Positions 30,131 through 39,280 of a stretch of 48,260 nucleotides of DNA are shown in pieces (within the stretch, counting starts at the first letter, position 1; every line of letters begins with the position of its first letter). Both the position numbers and the translations under genes were made by a program. The notes beneath the pieces are model-generated. The model saw only the letters and a list, made by a program, of their open reading frames with translations, was not told the DNA's origin and searched no databases. The DNA is from Desulfobacterales bacterium (lineage in GTDB: Bacteria > Desulfobacterota > Desulfobacteria > Desulfobacterales > JAABRJ01). Where the stretch lies: positions 1-48,260 of the forward strand of contig JAWOJK010000134.1 of assembly GCA_046481705.1 (NCBI GenBank), written 5' to 3'.

Positions 30131-32260
30131 ATGTTTGAAGGAGTGAGGTCCCATGATGATAAAATGGTCGTGTTCGACAACATCAAAAAACGGGACGGCC
30201 GGATCGTAGAGTTCGACTCATCCAAAATCACCACCGCACTGGCCAAGGCCGGCAAGGCCAGCGGCGAGTTCGATGTGCGCGAGGCCCGCAAGCTGACCCT
30301 GCGGGTCCTGACCCTGGCCCACGAGCTGCGCTTAGGCCCCCTGCCTGAAGTCGAGGAAATTCAGGACATCGTGGAGCGCGTCCTGCTCGACTCCCCCTTC
30401 CTGATGACCGCCAAGGCCTATATCCTCTACCGCGAACAGCACGCCCAGATCCGCAACATCACCACCAAGGCGCATGTCGACCTGGTGGAAAACTACCTTC
30501 AGAAGTTGGACTGGAAAATAAAAGAAAACAGCAATATGTGCTACTCCCTACAGGGGCTCAACAACTACATCTCCTCCGATGTGACCGCCGAGTACTGGCT
30601 GAGCCGGATCTACCCCCCTGAAATCCGCCACGCCCACAAAAACGGTGACATGCACATCCACGATCTCAGCCTGCTCTCGGTCTACTGCGTCGGCTGGGAC
30701 CTCAAGGACCTCCTCCGTCAGGGTTTCAGGGGCGCGGCCGGCAAGGTTGAGAGCGCGCCGCCCAAACACCTGCGCTCGGCTCTGGGGCAGGTCGTGAATT
30801 TTTTCTACACCCTCCAGGGCGAGGCTGCCGGCGCCCAGGCGATCTCCAACTTCGACACGCTGCTGGCGCCCTTCGTACGCTTCGACAGCCTCGACTACGG
30901 CGAGGTCAAGCAGGCTTTCCAGGAGTTTGTCTTCAACATCAACATCCCCACCCGGGTAGGCTTCCAGACGCCGTTTACCAACATCACGATGGACCTGTAT
31001 GTCCCAACCATTCTGCGGGACCACCCGGTTATCGTGGGGGGTGTGGCGCAGGAGGCCACTTACGGCGAGTTCCAAGCTGAAATGGACATGATCAACCGCG
31101 CATTCGCCGAGGTGATGATGGCGGGCGATGCCTGCGGCCGGGTGTTCACCTTCCCGATTCCGACCTACAACATCACCCGCGACTTCGACTGGGACAACCC
31201 CAACCTCGAGCAGGTCTGGAAAATGACCGGCAAATACGGCATTCCCTATTTTTCCAACTTCGTCAATTCGGACATGTCCCCCGAGGATGCCCGCTCCATG
31301 TGCTGCCGCCTGCGGCTGGACAACCGCGAATTGATGAAACGCGGCGGGGGGCTTTTCGGGGCCAACCCGCTGACCGGCTCCATCGGCGTGGTCACCGTCA
31401 ACCTGCCCCGGATTGGCTTCCTGGCCACCGACAAGAACGATTTTTTCAGCCGCCTCAACCGGATCATGCAGGCCGCCAAGGAGAGCCTCGTGATCAAACG
31501 CAAGGTTCTGGAGCGCTTTACGGAAAAAAACCTCTACCCCTACACCAAGTTCTACCTCCGAGAGATCAAGGCCGGATCGGGGTTTTACTGGAAAAACCAC
31601 TTCTCCACCATCGGCATCGTGGGCATGAACGAGGCGTGCCTGAACTTTAGCGGGGAAGACATCACCACCGCCGGCGGCCAGCGCTTCGCGCTGGAGGTGA
31701 TGGACTTCATGCGCGCGCGGATCACCGCGATCCAGCAGGAAACCGGCGAAATCTTCAACCTGGAGGCCACACCGGCCGAAGGCACCTCCTACCGCCTCTG
31801 CATGCTGGACAAGGAGCGCCACCCCGAGATCCTGGCGGCCAACAATGACGGGTGGCGCCGGGGGGAGGCCGCCTACTACACCAACTCCACCCAACTGCCG
31901 GTCAATTTCAGCGATGACCTCTTCGAAACCCTCGCGCTGCAGGACGACCTCCAGACCAAGTACACGGGGGGCACGGTCATGCACCTCTTTCTGGGAGAAA
32001 GAGTCGCCGATATCGATACCGTTAAAAACCTGGTTCGCAAGGTGGCCGCCGGCTACCGGCTGCCCTATTTTACGCTGACACCGACCTTCAGTGTCTGCCC
32101 GACCCACGGCTACCTGAACGGCGAGCGCCAAAGCTGCCCGACCTGCGGTCATGAAACCGAAGTTTATTCACGGGTGGTGGGGTATCTGCGGCCGGTCCGG
32201 CAGTGGAACACCGGCAAGCAGGCGGAGTACGCCCAGCGCAAACCCTTTAAAGTCGCCTGA
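30131..32260 (+). CDS. nrdD: Class III anaerobic ribonucleoside-triphosphate reductase with ATP cone
   Basis: ATP cone IKKRDG, IHDL, SMCCRL finger loop, CPTHG..CPTC zinc site and glycyl-radical motif YSRVVGYLRP. Confidence 0.96.
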   Translation: MFEGVRSHDDKMVVFDNIKKRDGRIVEFDSSKITTALAKAGKASGEFDVREARKLTLRVLTLAHELRLGPLPEVEEIQDIVERVLLDSPFLMTAKAYILYREQHAQIRNITTKAHVDLVENYLQKLDWKIKENSNMCYSLQGLNNYISSDVTAEYWLSRIYPPEIRHAHKNGDMHIHDLSLLSVYCVGWDLKDLLRQGFRGAAGKVESAPPKHLRSALGQVVNFFYTLQGEAAGAQAISNFDTLLAPFVRFDSLDYGEVKQAFQEFVFNINIPTRVGFQTPFTNITMDLYVPTILRDHPVIVGGVAQEATYGEFQAEMDMINRAFAEVMMAGDACGRVFTFPIPTYNITRDFDWDNPNLEQVWKMTGKYGIPYFSNFVNSDMSPEDARSMCCRLRLDNRELMKRGGGLFGANPLTGSIGVVTVNLPRIGFLATDKNDFFSRLNRIMQAAKESLVIKRKVLERFTEKNLYPYTKFYLREIKAGSGFYWKNHFSTIGIVGMNEACLNFSGEDITTAGGQRFALEVMDFMRARITAIQQETGEIFNLEATPAEGTSYRLCMLDKERHPEILAANNDGWRRGEAAYYTNSTQLPVNFSDDLFETLALQDDLQTKYTGGTVMHLFLGERVADIDTVKNLVRKVAAGYRLPYFTLTPTFSVCPTHGYLNGERQSCPTCGHETEVYSRVVGYLRPVRQWNTGKQAEYAQRKPFKVA

Positions 32261-32300
32261 GATCGGCTGACCATCAGCCGCCCAGCAACCCGTTGCGGTC

Positions 32301-32999
32301 ATGATATTCGGCGGTCTGCAGAAAAACTCGTTCATCGACTACCCCGGCAGGATCAGCTGCGTGGTATTTCTATCGGGATGTAACTTTCACTGCCCCTACT
32401 GCCACAACCCCGACCTGGCGCGGGGCAAAGCGGCAGGCCGCGGCGATTTAAGCCTTTCCGGGCTCCTCGACTTTTTGGCGGCGCGCAGAGGGCTGCTGGA
32501 CGCCGTGGTCGTTTCCGGCGGCGAGCCGACCCTGCAACCCGATCTTGCAGGGCTCTGCCGCTGCATCCGGCAAGCCGGCTACCCGGTCAAACTGGACACC
32601 AACGGCAGCAACCCCGATGCCATCCGCCGCCTGCTGGCAGACAACCTCGTGGACTACATCGCCATGGACATCAAAACCGCTCCGGAAGGCTACGTGCCGG
32701 GCCTCGCGACCGACCTCGACCCCGCGCACCTCCGGGCCAGCATCGATCTCATCATGCACTCCGGCCGGCCATACGAGTTCCGCACGACCTGCGTGCAGCC
32801 GTTCGTGGATCCCGCCGTCATCACCGCCATCACCAGCTGCATCGCCGGCGCCGAGCGCTACGTTCTTCAGACATTCCGGCCGGACACGGTCATGGACCCG
32901 GGCTTTTTCAAAGGCCCCCACCGCGGCGCGTCGGCCGCCGAACTGGAAAACTTGCGCCGGCTTGCCGCCCCGCATGTCCGGCAGTGCCTGGTGCGCTGA
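32301..32999 (+). CDS. nrdG: Anaerobic RNR activating enzyme (radical SAM)
   Basis: GCNFHCPYCHN, SGGEP, KLDTNG and YEFRTT. Adjacent to nrdD. Confidence 0.93.
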   Translation: MIFGGLQKNSFIDYPGRISCVVFLSGCNFHCPYCHNPDLARGKAAGRGDLSLSGLLDFLAARRGLLDAVVVSGGEPTLQPDLAGLCRCIRQAGYPVKLDTNGSNPDAIRRLLADNLVDYIAMDIKTAPEGYVPGLATDLDPAHLRASIDLIMHSGRPYEFRTTCVQPFVDPAVITAITSCIAGAERYVLQTFRPDTVMDPGFFKGPHRGASAAELENLRRLAAPHVRQCLVR

Positions 33000-33028
33000 A
33001 CCCGAAGAAGAAGCCGCGGTGACTGGAA

Positions 33029-34597
33029 ATGCCATCCCTGCCCCCTTCCCCCAAGGACTGGCGGGTCCTCCTGGTCGACGACGAGGAGGGCATCCGCAAG
33101 GTCATGCGCATCACCCTGGAGGATGCCGGCTACCGGGTTGAAACCGCAGCCGACGGCGCTGGCGGCCTGACCCTGTGCGAGAGTTTTGCGCCCCAGATCC
33201 TGATCACCGACATCCGCATGCCCGGCATGGACGGGCTGGAGCTGCTGGCCACCGTCAAGCAGCGTCAGCCGGAGATCGAGGTCATCGTGATGACCGCCTT
33301 CGGCCAAATGGACCTCGCCATCCGTGCCCTGCAGCTGGATGCCTCGGATTTTATCACCAAACCGCTTCATGACGAAGCCCTCTTTCTGGCGCTGCAGCGG
33401 GCACGCGACCGCTTCCGGGCCCGCCAGCAGGTCCAGGACTACACCACCCTGCTGGAGGCGGGCTGGGCCCGCACCGCCCGGGAGCTGATGGACACCTTCG
33501 CCTTTCAGCGGAACCTGATCGACGGCTCCCTGGACGGCATCCTGGGATGTGATCGGAATGACACCGTGGTGATCTTCAACCGCAGCATGGAGCGGATGCT
33601 CGGCTACACCCGGGCGCAGGCGGTCGGCCAAATGGCGCTGACAGGCCTGTTTCACCCCGGAGAAGACGGGCGTTTCAGACGGGCACTGGCATCCGAGAAG
33701 TGGGGCGGCCGCGACCGCCTGGCACTTTTTGAAACCACCCTGATGGCCCAAGACGGCCAGAGCATTCCGGTTCAGGCCTCAGCCGCGGTCTTGCCCCAAC
33801 CGGGCGCCATGGGCGGTCTGGTCTGCTTCTTCAAGGATCTGCGGGAAGTCCGCCGCCTGGAACAGGAGGTGGCCGACCAAGCCCGTATCCTGCACCAGGA
33901 CAAAATGATGTCCCTGGGGCGGCTGGCCGCCAGCGTGGTTCACGAAATCAACAACCCGCTGGCCGGCATTCTCACTTACACCCGGCTGATGCTGCGGATC
34001 CTGGAGCGCGGGCCCCTGGAGCCGTCCCGCCAGGCGGATTTCAGCCGATACCTTGCGCTGGTGGAAAGTGAAACCGACCGTTGCGCCCGGATTGTCGCCA
34101 GCCTGCTGGCGTTTTCACGAAAATCGCCGCCGGCCATGACCGACCTCGCGCTTCGCGACCTTCTCAACCGCTGCGCCTTGATGAGCCACCACAAGCTGGA
34201 ACTGCAGAAGATTCGCCTTGAACTCGTGATCGCCGAGGATCTGCCCCCGGTCCGGGGGGATGCCAACCAGCTGCAGCAGTGCATCATCAACCTGATTTTC
34301 AACGCCATCGACGCCATGCCCGAAGGCGGCAGCCTGCGGCTCGAGGCCGACCGCAGCCCTTGCGGCGGGAAGGTGACCATCACCGTCACGGACACCGGGG
34401 CGGGGATCCCGACCGCGGTTCTGCCCCACATCTTCGAGCCTTTTTTCACCACCAAGGCCGAAGGCTACGGCGTGGGACTGGGCCTCTCGACGGTTTTCGG
34501 CATCATGCAGCGGCATGGAGGCAAGATTACGGCCGAAAACATCGCGGGCAAAGGCGCAGCTTTCACCCTGCATCTGCCCCTGGCGCCCCCTGATTGA
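33029..34597 (+). CDS. Soluble hybrid histidine kinase REC-PAS-HisKA-HATPase
   Basis: REC (LVDDE, TDIRMP, ITKP), PAS (IFNRSMERMLGY), H-box VVHEINNPL, NAIDA, FFTTK and GVGLGL. No TM helix. Confidence 0.92.
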   Translation: MPSLPPSPKDWRVLLVDDEEGIRKVMRITLEDAGYRVETAADGAGGLTLCESFAPQILITDIRMPGMDGLELLATVKQRQPEIEVIVMTAFGQMDLAIRALQLDASDFITKPLHDEALFLALQRARDRFRARQQVQDYTTLLEAGWARTARELMDTFAFQRNLIDGSLDGILGCDRNDTVVIFNRSMERMLGYTRAQAVGQMALTGLFHPGEDGRFRRALASEKWGGRDRLALFETTLMAQDGQSIPVQASAAVLPQPGAMGGLVCFFKDLREVRRLEQEVADQARILHQDKMMSLGRLAASVVHEINNPLAGILTYTRLMLRILERGPLEPSRQADFSRYLALVESETDRCARIVASLLAFSRKSPPAMTDLALRDLLNRCALMSHHKLELQKIRLELVIAEDLPPVRGDANQLQQCIINLIFNAIDAMPEGGSLRLEADRSPCGGKVTITVTDTGAGIPTAVLPHIFEPFFTTKAEGYGVGLGLSTVFGIMQRHGGKITAENIAGKGAAFTLHLPLAPPD

Positions 34598-34623
34598 TCG
34601 CCTCGGAAACGCTGATGTTTCAG

Positions 34624-34647
34624 ATGTTGCATCCGTTTCTGCAACAT
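34624..34647. promoter_or_regulatory. Palindromic operator or enhancer upstream of the hdr operon
   Basis: Perfect 8-bp arms ATGTTGCA-N8-TGCAACAT; a related GATGCA..GCAACA site lies at 34714-34733. Confidence 0.55.
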
Positions 34648-34815
34648 TTAACCGCCTGTCCTAAAATCATTTTTTAGAAAACTCTTCCTTGACCCTCCTA
34701 CCCGTTGCCTCTCGATGCATCATTTTGGCAACAGATCCGCCCCTGGACCTTCCTGCCATCCGCCGTTTCCACCTTTAATATCAAAATACAATTGAATTTC
34801 AGTTGGTTGATTAGA

Positions 34816-34832
34816 GCGGCATGTTTAATGCT
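34816..34832 (+). promoter_or_regulatory. Putative sigma54 -24/-12 promoter of the REC-hdr operon
   Basis: GCGGCATGTTTAATGCT = GG-N10-GC, 50 nt before the GTG start, preceded by an AT-rich IHF-like tract. Confidence 0.6.
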
Positions 34833-34881
34833 TTGTTCTACGATAACCTTCCGTATCGACCGTTTACCCCAGGAGCCCATC

Positions 34882-35301
34882 GTGAGCCAGGCGACCGGCA
34901 GCAAAAAGATCCTGATCGTCGACGATGAAGCCGACATGGTCACCTTCATGGCCACGCTGCTGGCGGCCAACGGGTACACGCCCATCGTCGCCCGTGACCC
35001 GGTCGAAGGCATGGCCAAGGCCCGGCGGCTCAATCCCGACTGCATCATCCTCAACGCCATGATGACCGGGGACGGCGGCATCACCCTGTATGTCAACCTG
35101 AGATGCGACCAGCAGCTGCGGACCGTTCCGGTCATCATGTTGTCCGCCATCGGCAGAAAGATCTTTCTTTTCTACCCCGAGGCCCAGGCGTCGGCCGACG
35201 GTCGGGATCTGCGGGAGCCGGAGTGCTATCTGGAAACCCCTCCTGACGCCGAGGAACTGTTGCGCCAGGTGCAAAAACTGTCCGCCCCGGCGACCGGTTG
35301 A
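34882..35301 (+). CDS. Stand-alone atypical (pseudo) receiver domain protein
   Basis: SD AGGAG then GTG 34882. KILIVDDE is intact, but PDCIILNAMM has Asn for the phospho-Asp and YLETP has Thr for the conserved Lys. Confidence 0.8.
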   Translation: MSQATGSKKILIVDDEADMVTFMATLLAANGYTPIVARDPVEGMAKARRLNPDCIILNAMMTGDGGITLYVNLRCDQQLRTVPVIMLSAIGRKIFLFYPEAQASADGRDLREPECYLETPPDAEELLRQVQKLSAPATG

Positions 35302-35336
35302 AGGTCATCGGCGCCGGCACCAGCAGGGAGAGACCA

Positions 35337-38300
35337 ATGGGCATCAAAATCGGGTTTTACATCTGCCACTGCGGCATCAATATCTCCTACCGGGTCCGGG
35401 TGCAGGAGGTTGCCGATTTTGCCCGCAACCTGAAAAACGTGGTGGTGGCCCGCGACTACAAGTTCATGTGCTCAGACCCCGGCCAGGAAATGATCGAAAA
35501 GGATATACGCGAGTACGGCCTCAACCGGGTGGTGGTGGCCTCCTGTTCGCCGCGGTTCCACGAAAAAACCTTCCGGGCAGCCTGTCAGCGGGCCGGCCTG
35601 AACCCCTACATGTTCCAGATGGCGTCGGTCCGCGAGCAGGTTTCCTGGGTCACCCGGGATCCCGACGAGGCCACCCGCAAGGCCAAGACCCTGGCAGCGG
35701 CGGCCATCAATCGGGTCAATTTCCACGAGGCCCTGGAAACCCGCGAAGTGGCGGTGCACCCCGACCTGCTGGTCGTCGGCGGGGGGATTGCGGGCATGCA
35801 GGCGGCGCTGGACATCGGCAGTGCCGGCCGGAAGGTCTACCTGGTGGAGAAGGACACCACCATCGGGGGCCACATGCTGCAGTTCGACAAAACCTTTCCG
35901 ACCCTCGACTGTGCCGCCTGTATCGGAACCCCCAAGATGGTGGAGGTGGCCCAGAATCCCAACATCGAACTGCTGTCCTACAGTGAGGTGACGGCGGTTT
36001 CGGGCTACATCGGCAACTACACGGTCAGCATCCGACGCAAACCGCGCTACGTCAAGGAGGGGGTCTGCACCGGCTGCGGGGAATGCACCAAGGTCTGCCC
36101 CGTGACGGCCCCCAGCGCCTGGGATCAGGGGCTGAGCCAGCGCAAGGCCATCTACCGGGCCTTTCCCCAGGCGGTGCCGATCGCCTTCTGCATCGACAAG
36201 AAGGACCGCGCGCCCTGCACGACCACCTGCCCGGCCGGCATCAACGTGCAGGGCTACGTCCAGCTGATCGGCCAGGGCAAATACCGCGAGGCCGTCGCGC
36301 TGATCATGGAGCGCCTGCCCCTGCCGGGGGTTCTTGGGCGGGTCTGCCCCCATCCCTGCGAGGCGGCCTGCCGGCGGGCCGAGGTCGACGCCCCCGTGGC
36401 GATCCGCGAACTCAAACGCTTTGCGGCCGACCAGGTCGACCCCGCGCAGCGCCTTAGGCCCGAAATCACCGAACGTCCGGAAAAAATCGCCGTGGTCGGC
36501 GGCGGCCCGGCCGGGTTGACGGCCGCCTACTTTGCGCGCCTCAAGGGGTACCAGGTGACCCTTTTCGAGGCCCTCGACACGCTGGGCGGCATGCTGCGGG
36601 TGGGGATCCCGGACTACCGCCTGCCGCCCGATGTTCTCGACCGCGAGATCGACTACATTCTCAGCCTGGGGGTTAAAACCCGCACCGGCGTCAGGTTGGG
36701 AAGGGATTTCACCCTGGCCGGCCTGCAGCAGGAGGGCTTTGCCGCGATTTTTATCGGCATCGGCTGCCACGCCTCCCTCAAGCTGGGCATCCCGGGCGAG
36801 GAGGGCACCCGCGGGGTAATCGACGCGGTGGCCTTCCTGCGCGGGATCAACCTGGGCGCGGGCATCGCCATTGGCAAACGGGTGGTCGTCGTCGGGGGCG
36901 GCAACGTCGCCATCGACGCCGCCCGCGTGGCGCGGCGGCTCGGCGCCGAAAAGGTGTCCGTGGTCTACCGCCGCTCCGAGGCGGAGATGCCGGCCTACGC
37001 CGAGGAGGTGGCCGGTGCGCTGGCCGAGGGCGTCTGCTTCGAATATCTCACCGCCCCCGTCCGTATCGTCGGCGCCGAGGGCGCCGTTAGCGGCTTCGAA
37101 TGCCTCCGCACCGAACTGGGGCCGCCGGACGCCAGCGGCCGGCGCCGCCCGGTGCCGATCGCCAACTCGGAATTCGAAATTGCCTGCGACACCGTTATCC
37201 CCGCCATCGGCCAACTCACCGAGAGCGCGTGGTCGGCGGCCGAAGCGGGCCCCGCGTGCTCGGCGCGCAACACCATCAAGGTCAGCCCGGTCTCCATGTG
37301 CACCACCCTGCCCCACGTATTTGCCGCGGGAGACGCCGTCACCGGACCGGCCACCGTCATTGAAGCGGTTGCCGGTGCACGCCGGGCGGTGGCGGCCATG
37401 GACCGCTTTATCCGGGGGGAGGCGCTTGACACCGCAGTCACGCCCGCGGTCAAAACGGCGGCCACAACCGCCGGCTGGAATGAAATCCCGGATGACATCC
37501 AAAGCGCTGCACGCCTGCAGCCCACGCATCTGCCGGCTTTGGAGAGCGCCGCTTCCTTTGCCGAGGTAACGCGCGGGGTCAGCGCCGAAGCGGCCCGCCA
37601 GGAGGCCGCACGCTGCCTCAACTGCGGGGTCTGCTCGGAGTGCATGGCATGCGTCAAGGTTTGCGAGGCCCAGGCGATCGACCACCGCATGCAGCCTGAA
37701 ACACTGGAAGTCCAGGTCGGCAGCATCATTCTGGCCACCGGCTACGACACCCTCGACCCGACCCCGATGCATCCCTTTGGCTACGGTCGTTTGCCCAATG
37801 TTTACACCAGTCTCGAATTCGAGCGCCTCAGCAATGCCACCGGCCCCACCGGCGGCAAAATCCTGATCCGCGACGAAAACGGAAGCTTTACCCGGGTGCC
37901 CCGCAGCGCGGCCATCCTCCACTGCATCGGCAGCCGGGATGTCAATTACCACGAATACTGCTCGCGGGTCTGCTGCATGTACGCACTGAAATACACCCAC
38001 CTGCTCAAGGAGAAGGTCGGCCACGACACGCGCGTCTACGATTTTTACATCGACCAGCGCTGCTACGGCAAAGGCTACGAGGAATTCTATCGCCGCTGCC
38101 AAGAAGAAGGCACGATCTTCGTGCGCGGCAGGGTGGCGGAAATAACCGACCAGGCCCAAACACCGACGGAAAAGGGCAAACTGGTGGCAATCGCCGAAGA
38201 CACCCTCCTGGGGCGTCGCATGCGGGTGCCGGTGGACATGGTCATCCTGTGCACGGCCATGGAGGCCCGCGCCGATGCCGCCGAGGTGGGGCGGATTTTC

Positions 38301-38747
38301 GGGGTCAACCAGGGTGCCGACGGCTTCTTCCTGGAGGAGCACCCCAAACTGGCGCCGCTGAACACCGCCACCGACGGCGTTTTCCTGGCCGGCACCTGCC
38401 AGGCCCCACGGGACATCCCCGACACCGTTGCCCAGGCATCCGGGGCGGCGGCCAAGGCCCTGGCGCTCTCCATCCGGGGCCTGGTTGAAATCCCCTCGGC
38501 CATCTCCTGGATCGACCCGGACGTCTGCTCCGGCTGCCAGGTCTGCATCGGGCTGTGCCCTTACGGCGCGATCGAGTTCGACCCGCGCCGCCAGGTCTCG
38601 GTGGTTAACGAGGCCACCTGCAAGGGCTGCGGCAGTTGCGCCGGCTTCTGCCCCAGCAGCGCCGCCCAGATCCGGCACTTCAAGGAGAAACAGATTTTTT
38701 CAGAAATCGACGGGATCATGGACGCCCTCCATGAGGTCGGCGTGTAG
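35337..38747 (+). CDS. hdrA: Large heterodisulfide reductase A (HdrL type) with an inserted GltD/NfnB-like FAD/NAD(P)H module
   Basis: YICHCG, MCS, SCSP, GGGIAG, FPTLDCAAC, SLEFER, CSRVCCMYALK and C-terminal 2x[4Fe-4S]. Insert ~36210-37625 has APC...CPAG, GRVCPHPCE, GGGPAG, GGGNVA and YRR. Confidence 0.93.
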   Translation: MGIKIGFYICHCGINISYRVRVQEVADFARNLKNVVVARDYKFMCSDPGQEMIEKDIREYGLNRVVVASCSPRFHEKTFRAACQRAGLNPYMFQMASVREQVSWVTRDPDEATRKAKTLAAAAINRVNFHEALETREVAVHPDLLVVGGGIAGMQAALDIGSAGRKVYLVEKDTTIGGHMLQFDKTFPTLDCAACIGTPKMVEVAQNPNIELLSYSEVTAVSGYIGNYTVSIRRKPRYVKEGVCTGCGECTKVCPVTAPSAWDQGLSQRKAIYRAFPQAVPIAFCIDKKDRAPCTTTCPAGINVQGYVQLIGQGKYREAVALIMERLPLPGVLGRVCPHPCEAACRRAEVDAPVAIRELKRFAADQVDPAQRLRPEITERPEKIAVVGGGPAGLTAAYFARLKGYQVTLFEALDTLGGMLRVGIPDYRLPPDVLDREIDYILSLGVKTRTGVRLGRDFTLAGLQQEGFAAIFIGIGCHASLKLGIPGEEGTRGVIDAVAFLRGINLGAGIAIGKRVVVVGGGNVAIDAARVARRLGAEKVSVVYRRSEAEMPAYAEEVAGALAEGVCFEYLTAPVRIVGAEGAVSGFECLRTELGPPDASGRRRPVPIANSEFEIACDTVIPAIGQLTESAWSAAEAGPACSARNTIKVSPVSMCTTLPHVFAAGDAVTGPATVIEAVAGARRAVAAMDRFIRGEALDTAVTPAVKTAATTAGWNEIPDDIQSAARLQPTHLPALESAASFAEVTRGVSAEAARQEAARCLNCGVCSECMACVKVCEAQAIDHRMQPETLEVQVGSIILATGYDTLDPTPMHPFGYGRLPNVYTSLEFERLSNATGPTGGKILIRDENGSFTRVPRSAAILHCIGSRDVNYHEYCSRVCCMYALKYTHLLKEKVGHDTRVYDFYIDQRCYGKGYEEFYRRCQEEGTIFVRGRVAEITDQAQTPTEKGKLVAIAEDTLLGRRMRVPVDMVILCTAMEARADAAEVGRIFGVNQGADGFFLEEHPKLAPLNTATDGVFLAGTCQAPRDIPDTVAQASGAAAKALALSIRGLVEIPSAISWIDPDVCSGCQVCIGLCPYGAIEFDPRRQVSVVNEATCKGCGSCAGFCPSSAAQIRHFKEKQIFSEIDGIMDALHEVGV

Positions 38748-38803
38748 CATTTGATCCGCGCTGCCGCACCGATACCCGCCACCCTTTGATGCTGGAGGCA
38801 ACG

Positions 38804-39226
38804 ATGGAAACCTTCGAACCCACCCTGATCGCCTTTGTCTGCAACTGGTGCACCTACACGGCCGCCGACCTGGCCGGCACCTCGCGCCTGAGCTATCCGC
38901 CCAACGTGCGCCTGGTGCGGGTGATGTGCACGGGCATGGTGGACCCCAAATACGTGATCAAGGCGCTGCTGGAAGGGGCCGACGGGGTGTTGATCAGCGG
39001 CTGTCATCCGGGCGACTGCCATTACATCAACGGCAACTTCAAGGCCCGCCGGCGCATCAAGCTCCTCAAGGAGATCCTGCCCCAGTTCGGGTTCGCCCCC
39101 GAACGGCTGAAACTGACCTGGATCGGCGCCAGCGACGGCATCCAGTTTGCCGACACGATCACCCAGCTGGTGGCACGACTCAGGGCCCTGGGCCCCAGCG
39201 AGACCCGCAGCCAGATGGTGATCTGA
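38804..39226 (+). CDS. mvhD: MvhD-type [2Fe-2S] protein
   Basis: FVCNWCTY.AAD, RVMCTG and GCHPGDCHY..GN. SD GGAGG. Confidence 0.95.
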   Translation: METFEPTLIAFVCNWCTYTAADLAGTSRLSYPPNVRLVRVMCTGMVDPKYVIKALLEGADGVLISGCHPGDCHYINGNFKARRRIKLLKEILPQFGFAPERLKLTWIGASDGIQFADTITQLVARLRALGPSETRSQMVI

Positions 39227-39280
39227 GCGCAACCCTTGCAAACAGGGGCCGATCCGCCTGGGCCCCTGCGGAGGACCCCC

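Noticed and set aside
35472-38678. Long antisense ORFs (1068 aa here; also 42156-44330, 10813-12726, 30548-32152)
   Set aside because: They are shadows of well-supported genes on the opposite strand in GC-rich DNA and contain no recognisable motifs.
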